NCBI GenBank assembly: GCA_003614675.1
Contig: ML002208.1
Span: 1 to 64,000, forward strand
DNA: 64,000 nt
Reading direction: 5' to 3'
From: Dimargaris cristalligena
Lineage: Eukaryota
In this document: one piece after another, positions 23,626-34,531 of the stretch
Numbering within the stretch: position 1 is the first letter of the stretch
How the letters are laid out: each line of letters opens with the position of its first letter
Program-made: the position numbers and the translations under genes
Notes under the pieces: model-generated
The model's database searches: none
What the model was told of the DNA's origin: nothing
The model's input: only the letters and a program-made list of their open reading frames with translations

Positions 23626-26600
23626 CTATGCTGTTTCTGTAGGGGTGACTACCGAATCAATCTCCATGGATTCAGACTGGCCTTGTGGCGCGGCCGGTTG
23701 AGCCGAGGTGGGCTCAGGCGACAATGATTCGTGGTTACTGGGCTCAGTAACTGTGAATAGCGACGGGAATTGGTCTTGTACTAAGAGGGCCACAATTGCC
23801 GCCCTGACCTTATCAGCCAGAGTGGAGGAGTTGAAAATATCCTCGGGTAGCTCAGGGGAGCTAGACGGAAGAAGCTGGGATAGATCCAACGATTGTAGAA
23901 TTGCAAAACACCGCCAAGTATATATCACGGGTTAGACAGGGTCTAGGATAGAGACCAGGTGATAACGGATGGGGCCACACCCCCTCCTCATATTAACTGG
24001 TTTACGTGCTGGCGGAGTCCTCGGGCGATTGGGGCGGAGATGGCCGATCCGACCCAGGAAGACTACTTCGAGTTTCGTTCGAGGATCCATCACATCGCAC
24101 AAGGCCATTCTACGAACAACATCGTGAATTAATAGAGAATCAATGATATACTTACAGTGGGGTTGGTGTGATGTTGGTGGTGGGTGAGGACAAACCGGCA
24201 AAAGACGAAGCGGATGATCAGCTGACGTAGCAAATGGTCTGACAAAAACTTCTTGATCCCTTTATCAGTGACAGCATCCGTGAGTAAAGTGTAGATATGC
24301 TGCTGGATGGCCTCAACGGCATCCAGAGCCGATTTCCAAGCGGCGGGTTCTTGGCGGTTAACCCCCGTGAGGGAAGCCAGGCCGAGGGCGGGAGAGTGGA
24401 GGAATAGCGTGAAGAGATTCCCCAGCTGGTGGGTGTCTTTCTGCGACGACTCGGTGGGTGACATAAGGCAAATGAACGGCTGGTTAAAGATACGGGGTAT
24501 ATTTTTGAAGACTACGCTGTTCGTGCTCTCGACAATCAAAAACATGGATTTCCGAGTGAACGGGATGAGGTCGGCGGGATGGAGACAGTTGGACACCTGG
24601 GCCACATCGCTGCCGTCGCCCGGCTTATCCGACGAGGATTTCGAGCTGCGGGTGGCAATACCCCCCACGAACCCGTTCTCCAGAGCCGCATCGGGCTTAG
24701 TAACCTTAACCCCAGGCGCGGATAGGTAGAGCAGGAGGGCGGTTTGGTCACTGGTATCTTTGAAGGCCTGGCTGATGTTCTGCATGAGGTTGCTATAGGT
24801 CGGGCGGAAGAGGAGGTGCTTGTGGGGGTTCACGTGGCGGAGTGCACCCACCTCTTTAGCCGCTCCATGATTGGGCGGATCGGAGAAGATGTCGCTGGGC
24901 TGGTTACTGGTCATTATAATGCTCTGGGCTGCAGTAAGAGCCGGATGGTCATCGGCGGAAGTCTGCTTGCTCAGCGTGGAGTTCAGCCGGGCCCGGACTG
25001 CGGCGCTGGCCTTGGCCATACACGGCTCAAACTCCAGGGCCTGAGTCATACGGTAGACGTCCACAGTGAGTTCGGAGAATTTGAATTGGCTGGAATAGCC
25101 CCCCACCAGGACCGCCTCTTGGAGGTGGAATCGCGGGGGCTCTTTCGGGGAAACGGGGGGCTCGCTGGCACGTAGGGGAACCGACAATAGTTGGCCCGTG
25201 GGGGAACGGGGAATGACTTTTCGCTCGGCCTGGATAATTGGGTTCGGTGGTAGATTAAGTTGTAGATTACCCCCGTGGCACCGAGTTAGATCAAACCATA
25301 TAGAGAAACGCGGCGGTGGCGGTTGGTATTAGATTAGGGGATACCGGAATTAATAAAGATGGGGATATAGTGGCGCAAGGGGGTTAAACTATAAATCACA
25401 AAAAAAAAACCATCCCAGCAAACTCAAATCACTCAAATCCGGCCCGTATTGAGCAATGAATGGTATAATGTAAGGACGTCTACAAGGGGTATATAGCATA
25501 CCTCAAGGAAAGTGGAAATTTCCTGCATCACCAGCTGCCATTCTTTGGAATCGACGGGGCGGAATTTGCGGGAGTACTGGTCAATCATGGCTTGGGACTC
25601 AGTGAGCAGCTGTAGGGCCAGTTCGTCGTCATTCAGAAGCACACAGGCCACGATGAAGCGGGCGTAGAATCGGATCTTCTTGACCAACAGGGCGGGGCTA
25701 TTCGTGCAGTAGATGGGAGAAGCGAGGATTATTTAGACATGTGCGGTAGTGGGGGAAGGTTGGCTTTAGCAAGACTGGTAAAAAGGGGTGAATTACTAAG
25801 CACGCATCAGGTGGGGCGAGGGCGAGTGTTCCCCCTCTGGCTTACTTTTTAGCGTCGGTGATGTCCCGGAAATAGGCCCGTTCCCGGATGGCGTAGTAAA
25901 AAATGTAAGACTCGAGAAGATAGTTGGTTTCGCTGGTGCGCAGGTAGTAGTGGTAATACAGTTGGCCGATTTTAGAGGCAATCTCACCAATCTGCCACCG
26001 CTTCAGGCCGAAATTATCACTGCGTTCCAGTACCGCGCGGTACTGCTGTTGGTAGCGCCAAATCCTGGTGTATGTTTCAAATGTTTTCTTGAAGTAGTCC
26101 TGCCAGGGCCGGGTGCCGAGCGGAGTGAATTCCTTCAGGCCTGCGAACTGCTGATGACTCTTTTCGAGCATATACTCGAAGCCATCGCGGATTTTCTTGG
26201 GATCCAAAGCGAGCTTCTTGTTCGCATCAGGATTGGGGTTGGTCGTGGCGAAGTGGTTTCCGGTGGCCCCTGCGGCAGCGGTTGCGGCGCCGGCATGGGG
26301 GGAGGTCGTTTTAGACTGGGTCGCTGACGTGGAGTTGGTTGGGGCGATGGTATCAAAAGTCGACGGCGGGGTGGTTGCATGCGAGTGATTAGGGGAGGTG
26401 GTGGTGGTCACGGGTTCGGCTAGAGTGGCTGCGGCAACGAGGTCACCCAAGCTGCTGCCGTACTTACGCGGGGGAGCCGGTATGTCGAACGAGGCGTGGG
26501 AGGTCAAGGGAACGGACGGGCAGTCCGGGGGGCTATGGGACCGACTCTGCTCCTGCGTCGGGGGGTTGAGGCCGTTTTTTTGGCGTTTTTGGTAAGACGT

Positions 26601-26801
26601 GGCCAAAGAGTCAGACACGGGGTCGTGGGTCGGGGAGCTGGTGGACGAGGCGGCGGGGGTGGTAGGTCCGTGGTGGGGGGGCTGATCGGAGGGGGTGACG
26701 TAAGAGCTTGCGACGACGTCCGGATCCGGGAGGACAGCCGCGCCGGCGGTAGCGGCTACCGGTTCGTCGTCGGTGTGGAACAGCTGCTTTCGCTTGGACA
26801 T
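23626..26801 (-). CDS. SCAI: SCAI-like protein (suppressor of cancer cell invasion family), 4 exons
   Basis: Exons 26801-25846, 25697-25502, 25229-24156, 23874-23626 splice in frame. Motifs GLKRWQIGEIASKIGQLYYHYYLRTSE, RFYARFIVAC, KFSELTVDVYRM, NPHKHLLFRPT and LHPADLIPFTRK match SCAI as recalled. Confidence 0.9.
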
Positions 26802-27269
26802 GGTCGCTGGAGAGAAACGAATATGTGCGGGCCCAGGTGGTTCTTATTTCTATTAGAAAACAGGGGAGGTATGGAAAGGGCTAGTGGAGGCGAATGCGGC
26901 GCAATCAAATAGAGTAGATGCAACAGTCTGAGGGGAATGCACACTAAAGGGAAACCTCGTCTTGTGGTGAACACCGAGGGTGAAGCAGACAGGGTGTATG
27001 TATGGGGGGGAAGGGGAGAGAGAGAAGAGGCGAGGAGAGGCAATGGTGGTATTTAGAACCCTGACTGACGACCGCCCGCCCTATTGGACCAGGAGTCGCC
27101 GCAGTCTGGTCTGAGGGGTTGTTGGATATATGCTGCTAGCTCACTCCACCCTATTTCACTGCAACCACCACTGAGCCTTCTTGGCCCACACAACCTTTCT
27201 TATAATACTAAACTGCGCCAACCATCTTCAGCGACTATCTCTCTCCGCTCAATTAATTTTTAAGCCACG

Positions 27270-27968
27270 ATGCGGCTGCTTCCGTTGTACTCCGCTGCGG
27301 GGCTACTGGCCCTCTGCCTGGGGACCCTGTCCATTTCAGCAAGAACCCCATTCCAGGTCCAGGACCCCGAGAGCCCACTCCACCAGCCGGCTTTTACCGT
27401 TCCCAGTGCCCTGACCGATACTGGACGCGTCCCAGTGGAGTCCCACTCGGGCCCCCTGCCCTACGAGTCTTGGCTACAGCACACCCTCAACTTTACGCAC
27501 CTAGCCCCGGTGATTCGCCAACTGGAATGGGTCCATCCCGGGCCCTTGCTTAATCGAGGTGAAGCCCATGTGACGGTGGTGACTCCCCCCGAATTCGACC
27601 GGATACTTGCCCCGGTGGGCATCACCGTAGCCGACCTGGATGCCCTGGCCCTCCAGGCCGGCCTCCAGCACGTGCCCTTCAAGGTGCTCTGTGTGGGCCG
27701 CCAGCGACTTGTTTCGCCGGAGAAGGCAGCAGACACCCTGGAGGCTTACAACCTCATTGTCCAAGCCGACGCGTGGCTGGACCTCCGTTGGGACATTTGG
27801 CGTTTGTTTGTCCAGCGGAGCGGGGAGCCTTCGGCCTTTGACCCTGCCCACTTTTGGCCCCACATTACTCTAGGCTACTCTCACCGTGACCTATTTGTCG
27901 AAGATGGTATGTACAAGGGCATCAACTCCTGTTGGCGTCCAGTCGAGATGACCACCACCAATGAATGA
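27270..27968 (+). CDS. 2H phosphoesterase superfamily protein with N-terminal signal peptide
   Basis: Two HxT motifs (AHVTV at 27567, PHITLG at 27861) 98 codons apart. Hydrophobic leader MRLLPLYSAAGLLALCLGTLSISA. Single exon. Confidence 0.8.
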   Translation: MRLLPLYSAAGLLALCLGTLSISARTPFQVQDPESPLHQPAFTVPSALTDTGRVPVESHSGPLPYESWLQHTLNFTHLAPVIRQLEWVHPGPLLNRGEAHVTVVTPPEFDRILAPVGITVADLDALALQAGLQHVPFKVLCVGRQRLVSPEKAADTLEAYNLIVQADAWLDLRWDIWRLFVQRSGEPSAFDPAHFWPHITLGYSHRDLFVEDGMYKGINSCWRPVEMTTTNE

Positions 27969-28262
27969 CCAGTAAACCCCTACCACTTCTGTATCTTATA
28001 TTTTTTTTCGTATTAATTACCCTTATTTTTAAAAACCACCGCAGACCTGGCTTAGTTTGTTGACAAATCTGTATTTACTATTAAAAACAAAAATAATCAT
28101 AGCCAATCAAAGGGACATTATTACCGACGACACTCGCGGTGAATCTCTAATTTAAATCGATAGATTGATGAGATAACTAAATGTGAAAAAATAGGAAAGA
28201 GCTAAATACAGTTTTCTATTTCAAAAGCACCATGGAACGCTGCAACCCAATGGCAGCAGTAC

Positions 28263-29734
28263 TTAGAGGCTGAGCAGCTCATCGTGACGGCGGTAGTATT
28301 CGTCGAACCGTAGCTTGGCGTAGTTCATGTAGTCAAAGTCAATGTCCGAAAACCCTGCCTGGACCATGGCCCACAGGGCCCAGTAGAAATGACTGGCCAA
28401 GTAGAATTTGTTAACTTCCCGGTAAAGTTCGTAAATCTCATCATCGGTGGCTGCCTGGCCGTCGTTCGCGGCCTTCAAATAATGACCCAGCCAGGTCAGC
28501 TGGAAGGCCTGATCGGGGTACAGGTTGTACTGGCAGTCGAAACCGGCAAATTCGGCAAAGTGATTGCCAATGTCGAAGCCCCGGTAATTATAGGAAGCGT
28601 ATTCGTGATCGATAAACGACACCTTATCCTCGGCGCGGTTGTAAATAATGTTGGCCGAGAGCAGGTCGTTGTGGCTGAACACCACCGGAGCATTGAGACA
28701 TTCGAGTTTGTCTTGCAAGTGGTCCAGTTCGCTTCGCAACTTGTCCAGACTAAACAGCTGATGGAAACGGTGGCTGGGCTCCTTTTCGGAGTAGACGGCC
28801 TCGACTTGCTCAAGCCACTTTCGCAGGGTCACGAACAATGTGGAAGTTTTGGGACCAGGGATTTCGACCTTGTGCCAACCAGCTATCCGTTTGGCCACGA
28901 GTTCGGAGATGTGGGGATCACTCATTTGCGGCACCTTGACGATGTCGCCGGGGACATAGCCATACACGATGCCGTTATTGAACTTGCCGTAGAGGGGCGG
29001 GCATAGACCGAGTTGGGACAGAATGTAGATATTCTAATGGGGATGGGATATAGTTCAAGAGAGTGGGGGATAAGGATTGAAGTTAGAGATTGCATTTAGC
29101 CCGAGTTCAATTGTGGATAAGTAAGGCTGTGGGATCCACCGCCCCACTCGTCCCTTCCTTTTGGGTATAATTAATGGTTCAGTCGATGATCTAAGCCAAA
29201 ACCTTCGATCGGTGGGACAAGCCACAGCATATGTGTGTCACCACGGTATGGTACAACATATAGCGACTAGAGAGAGAGAGAGGATCGGCCCCTTTGGTCA
29301 AATAATACCCCTTCCACTGGACCCGATGGCTGAGGGAGGGTTTGTTTAACGATAAGATATCGCACTGACCCACTCAGACCATGGTGGAAGGAAAGCCCGG
29401 GATAGAGTGCATTCCGATTTATTAAAGGGGTGTTTGATAAGATAGAGGGGCAAAACTCTGCACTTACAATAAGTTCCTGGTTGCGGTCAATAAGCACCTC
29501 CGAGTTCTTGCCGTAGGCCCGGATAAGCACGGACGTGCCATTCCGGCGGTTGGTACAGCGGACCAGCTTGTTGGTGATGCCGTCCTTGCATTGAATCAAA
29601 TCCAAGTCAGTGGGCTTCCAGGCGGGGAAAAGGGCCAGCACGGCTTTCTGGGAGTCGACCAGGAGATGCTTGTGGCTAACGGTGAGGGGGAGCACCGTGA
29701 GAGAAGGGAGCTCCAGGGTGGGAATGTGTGTCAT
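28263..29734 (-). CDS. Ethanolamine/choline kinase, 2 exons
   Basis: Exons 29734-29468 and 29033-28263 (434-nt GT-AG intron). Motifs GITNKL, LIRAYG, IDRNQE, Brenner motif SHNDLLSANII, IDHEYASYNYRGFDIGNHFAEF and SHFYWALWA. Confidence 0.94.
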
Positions 29735-30781
29735 GGCAACTGGATGCGACGAGGTTACGAGGTTGTTAGACAAGGGTGAAAGTGCGCGTTGGGTTGGGGA
29801 ATACGGAGACGAATAAGTTAGAGAGGAGGTAAAGAAAGGAAAGGAGATTAGTGGCCGGGGGTTGTGGTATATACGAGAGGGGATGGCACTCATTAGGTTC
29901 AGGAGGGAAAGAGCGGGTGAGGCTACTACTACTATACTATGCTTACTCCTCAGATAAGAGAGTCGCTCATTAACGCCAAGGGAGTGGAGCCAAGTAGGTA
30001 GGTGTTTGATATCATCCCCAATGCAACCACCTATTATATTTTGAGGGTTGGCCAAGCCAGCAATGGCGGCGATGTTTGCGCCACAATGGACATTTATCAG
30101 CCCATATCAAGTGGCCGTGGATCCTTCCTTCTGAATGTGGGCCTATTTCACCACTTGTTATATATATACCAACTACACTGTGACTCTCGCGTGACCATTA
30201 TTGCATCAACTTCGCGCTTGCGTATTCTGTGCTCCGCCAACTAGGCCTTCGTTGAAGCTGCAACCTAACTAACCCCAATTGGTCCCTGCGTATTCCCCCG
30301 GGGCTTGTTGCATAGTGATTTCCGCCTGGGCTGTTTCCCACCCCGCTCGCCGGTTACTGGAACAAGCAAAGGTAAGTGCTAATAGACCGACCATATCTTT
30401 ATTTCTACAACCCAATTCATTCAGGGCCCCCTTTACTTGGCCCAAATAGGCCTATGGGATTTGGTGAGTTGGTGATACCAATGCACTTATTTGCTGCCTC
30501 TGACCAAGGCAGGGGAGGGGGCTTTCTGGGTTAGATCCCTGCGAGATACCCTGATTCATGGTCGAATATCCCATTTCCATGATTACGTAAAGAACCCAGC
30601 TAAACGAACCACTTTAGCCACTGAACCATGGTAAAGAGGGGCATCCATTCCTCTCCTCTTACAAACACTCCCTGGTGCTGTCATTCAAAGTACTTTAAGT
30701 TTTCCGCAAACCCGTTTATAATCATAAGGCACAGTAGTTACAACTGGATTATACCGTTGCAGCATTAGGTTGTAGAAATCA

Positions 30782-30789
30782 TATAAATA
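30782..30789 (+). promoter_or_regulatory. Putative TATA box of DPBB-like gene copy 1
   Basis: TATAAATA 194 nt upstream of ATG 30976. Confidence 0.45.
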
Positions 30790-30975
30790 ATACCTTAAAT
30801 ATTCTCCACAACATAATAATCCCAAGGCCAATCAACCACACCCACCTGCCTCTATTTTGTGACCAACCAACCAGTGCATTAACTTGTCGCCACTGTGTAG
30901 TGCCTACCTCGAATCCTCCTCGTTAATTTACACCATCGCAAGCCCTCGTCTGATTTTCCCCCACCCTATACCATA

Positions 30976-31482
30976 ATGTTTCCCTGGGTTCTGGCCGTGG
31001 CCCTGACCATTATTCCTCGGGCGGCTCAACCCCATCCCATTTCCCACCTAGTCCGCCGTGGTGACCCTACTCCCATGCCCACTTTCGACAATCCCCAGAA
31101 GGGTCTTATTGTATCGTACGGAAATATACAGGCAGGCACGGTGGAAGGCTGTGGCGGCACCTACAATTTTCCCCAGAATCTCGCTTAGGTCAGTCAGGAT
31201 TTCTTTGGCGATGATAACTCGGCGTGCGGCCAATTCGTTGTTGTCCAGGCGGATAACCACAGCGAATGGGATAACCGCCGACTTGTGGTCCCTATTGCTG
31301 GACACTGCATAGAGTGCGAGAACTCCATCCACCTCTCCCAAACTGCCATGAATAAGGGCTGCTTCAGCTCGGCTTCGACCCCAGATCGAGGAATCTGGTA
31401 CTTGGCCAGGGGATCAAATTTCGTGAGGGTTTTAGTACTCCACTTCCACTACTCGGCAAAGGCACTTGGAAATACCCAATGA
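30976..31482 (+). pseudogene. Secreted RlpA/expansin-like double-psi beta-barrel (DPBB) gene interrupted by an in-frame TAG (31186-31188)
   Basis: ORFs 30976-31188 and 31285-31482 share one frame with a single stop between them. Reading through gives signal peptide-RRG...EGCGG...LA*VSQDFFGDDNSACGQFVVV...VVPIAGHCIECENSIHLSQTAM, the Cys pattern of fungal DPBB proteins. Confidence 0.65.
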
Positions 31483-32907
31483 AACGGTTTTTAAAGGACA
31501 TGCCTCTGCTTTGAGAAGGGCTTGCGCTATACTCCCTAGTCCAACAATAAACCATTCACACTATAGTACACATTCAATATTATCACACTAAAGTCCCAGT
31601 GAGTTCTTCAGCATGAGGGGTTCCGGATAACTACGTGGTCTGCTGACTACAAAATGGGTTCCATTTATGCACGTAACCGTGGTGTGTGGTCCCTCTTATT
31701 GTTGTTTGTGGAAGCCTATATCCGCCAATTTATTAATAATATAACCGAAACTAATATTGTTACGTTCGGGCCGAGTTGGGCTAGGACCTGCCATGACAAC
31801 CGAGCAGGGTTTCGAGTGGGATGATGACTAGGTATGTAAATTCAAGTATAAGGCTTTTAAAATAGTATTTTAATAAGACATAAGGCTCACCGGCTGATGT
31901 AAATCAATTTCTAATTTATAGCCTAGGGTAATTAACATGCTGATAGGGTCGGTAACCGTTCTTCGCCCCTTGGGCAGCGTCTTTACGTTGGGAGGATCAG
32001 GTGACCTCGGCGTCGCTAGTAGAGTCGTTGTCCCCTTCCAATGGTTGCAATATCAGGCGGGAAACTATAGCTAGTGTGAAATGTTAATGGCGTTAAAATG
32101 GTTTTATATTTCTTAGAGTATATTATGTATTATCCTGATTATGCCGAAAAATAATGCCCCCCCTTGCAAACCGTTCCTGGGTATATCCATGACTTTCAGT
32201 CTATTCAACCTTGGCAAACTCTGCCTTGAATTTTCATTTCCTGGCTTCCAGCTACAGTGGGGCGTGCGACAGGGTGGGCAAGGTACGCTTCCATTCCACA
32301 TTACCTATACTTCCGCAGATCCCACCTAATTGGATCGAACTCTCCTCCCAAACACCCCAATGAATTGGTCAGGGACCCTGTTGGGTTGCGCCCAGTTCTA
32401 GTCACCAACGAGGGGCTATCCGGTTAATTGTGTCCTAACGGATAACCCCAAATCGTGGTTTATCTATTTTAGTATATATCCCACCAATGGTATCTTCCCA
32501 TGAACGACCTGGAATATATCGTAACAATCATGCAGTTACCCATTTCAACTGAACTTTATGAATTGGCTCGGTTAGTGGCCCAAGCAGTATCGAATCCATG
32601 TTGGAAAACTCCAAATAAGTTGCCCGGATATAGGACCAGAGTTCCTACTGCAATGGTTTAGGCATAATTGAATTTAAGCCTGTCCCATGACCTAACTAAT
32701 ACAAAGACAGTTGCTTTAAGAATACACCAGAAGTTAACCACCGAATATTACCCAGGTCGTGAACTGGGTTGCTCATCCCATGGGTACTCAATGCTACTCC
32801 CAATTACCTTGGAGTGAGTATTTCCCATCCTTGGGCAACTAATTATCCATAGTGCCGGTATTTTATCATAGGTGAACTAGGCCTCCGTTTAATCGGACTC
32901 GCCGTCA

Positions 32908-32915
32908 TATAAATA
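32908..32915 (+). promoter_or_regulatory. Putative TATA box of DPBB-like gene copy 2
   Basis: TATAAATA 193 nt upstream of ATG 33101, almost the same spacing as copy 1. Confidence 0.45.
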
Positions 32916-33100
32916 GGCTACACATTTCTCTCCTACCAGATAAATTCAGCAACCCTCTAACCCTCCCCGGTTTTCCTTCACCCATACTTCCTAATCGACC
33001 CCCGCGCTTTATAGCTCTGGCCTTTAACCCGCCATTTACCGAGACCCGCTACTGTACGTTTTCGTCCCATTAACCATCCCATCACACGCGCGTCGATAAC

Positions 33101-33335
33101 ATGTTCCGCAACACTCTAGCCGTACTAACTCTGGTCGTCGCCACCGCCCCCCCTCATGCTACAGTGTCAGCCGATTCTTCGCCTAGACCACCAGGACGGC
33201 TCCACCGTCGGGGTCTGCTCGCAATGTAATACAACTAGTATCCAGTCTCCTCAACTGGCTGCTAATGGCAATGCTAGCGATACAGCCGAAGCCCTGGGCC
33301 GTGGGACCTGGTACTATTCGGATAGCTGGTTCTAA
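33101..33335 (+). pseudogene. Internally deleted, frameshifted paralog of the 30976 DPBB-like gene
   Basis: Frame 1 reads MFRNTLAVLTLVVATAPP...LHRRG (stop at 33227-33229). Immediately after RRG another frame reads GVCSQCNTTSIQSPQLAANG...LGRGTWYYSDSWF*, which aligns with GHCIECENSIHLSQTAMNKG...DRGIWY of copy 1. Confidence 0.6.
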
Positions 33336-34531
33336 TGTCACTTCATGGCTGATCACCGGGATGGCGGGTTTCCGCTTATAATTATGGAGCCGTAATCATC
33401 ATTTTACCATTGCCTTATATGGCAAGTTCAGGAATTAACAAAGGGGGCCCGGGATAAACTACCCTTTATAATTGTTTCACATAGGCTCATTCTCTAAGGA
33501 GGCCTAGTTTTGTTCCTCAAATCTAATAAAGCTATTTTATAATACACTATTGGGGTCCTAAATTAGAGCGATTTAGTTTATTGAAAGCGGAATTGACAAA
33601 GTAAAATAAATGGTATATGATATAAAAAATACCAGGGATGATGAAAAAGCCATTCCCTAAATGAAATACACAAATGGGTTGGTTAGATATGTGATAAAAA
33701 CAACAGTACCATAGACTGTCAAGGTGAATGAGGGGGGTTGAGCGGACTCCTACGCCCCATAGTTGACTCAACCGCACATGACTAGGTGGTATACTGAGAG
33801 TGAAAAAAAAATATGTATAAAATATTAATAATATGTGGATGAATGTGTGTATATAAAAACGGGTTGTATGTATAAGGTTGGTTGACGCACAAAAAATAAA
33901 CAACAGAAGAGGCAGGGAGGGGCAACAACCTAGGAAAGAAAGGACACGGAATACCGCACGTGTCGACTCTAAATGATGAAGAGTCCTCTAGGTAGAATTC
34001 AGAAAATAAACAGTAAATCTTACAGCAGAAATAATAATAAGTAAATAAAAAAGAGGAAGATGACGGTTCCAAGTTTAAAAAATTACCATTGATCCGGAAA
34101 TGGGTACATGTGGTCTCAAATTCAGACATGGATCGAGAAAACTATAATTCATGCTGTGGAATGGCTGCAGACAAACGAAATTACTTGAAAGAAGAAAAAA
34201 AACAGGGAAGAAAAGGCCCAACCATTGCTACTTGAGCTATAAACCGGAGTCAATTCAGAAGGGGTTCAACGCAACCAGGGGGGGGATAAGCCATAGAAAA
34301 TGGTTTCGTTTTTACAATGAAAATAAAAGGTGATTATAATGATAGGAGGGAACATGTCATTAGGTGAAAGTACAGGACAGGTGGTGAAACTATATGAGTC
34401 TAAGTTCAATAAAGCGGGTCTGAGCAGTACTGCTAGGGGGGAAATGGGAATGCTAAGGGCATGGATTGGGGTCGAGGACTCGGGATAAGAGTGTAACTGG
34501 AGGGGGGAAATGGATACAATCATGTACAGAT

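Noticed and set aside
29735-30055. N-terminal extensions given by the ORF track (also 18871-18996, 21328-21396, 44789-44968)
   Set aside because: They are pyrimidine-rich UTR-like sequence, mostly opened by TTG/GTG starts; downstream ATGs give proper family N-termini or targeting peptides.
22717-31188. Genome-wide reassignment of TAG to a sense codon
   Set aside because: Long conserved genes (PDI, Pumilio, kinesin-13) contain no in-frame TAG over thousands of codons, and TAG appears to terminate the genes ending at 4573, 23626 and 41001.
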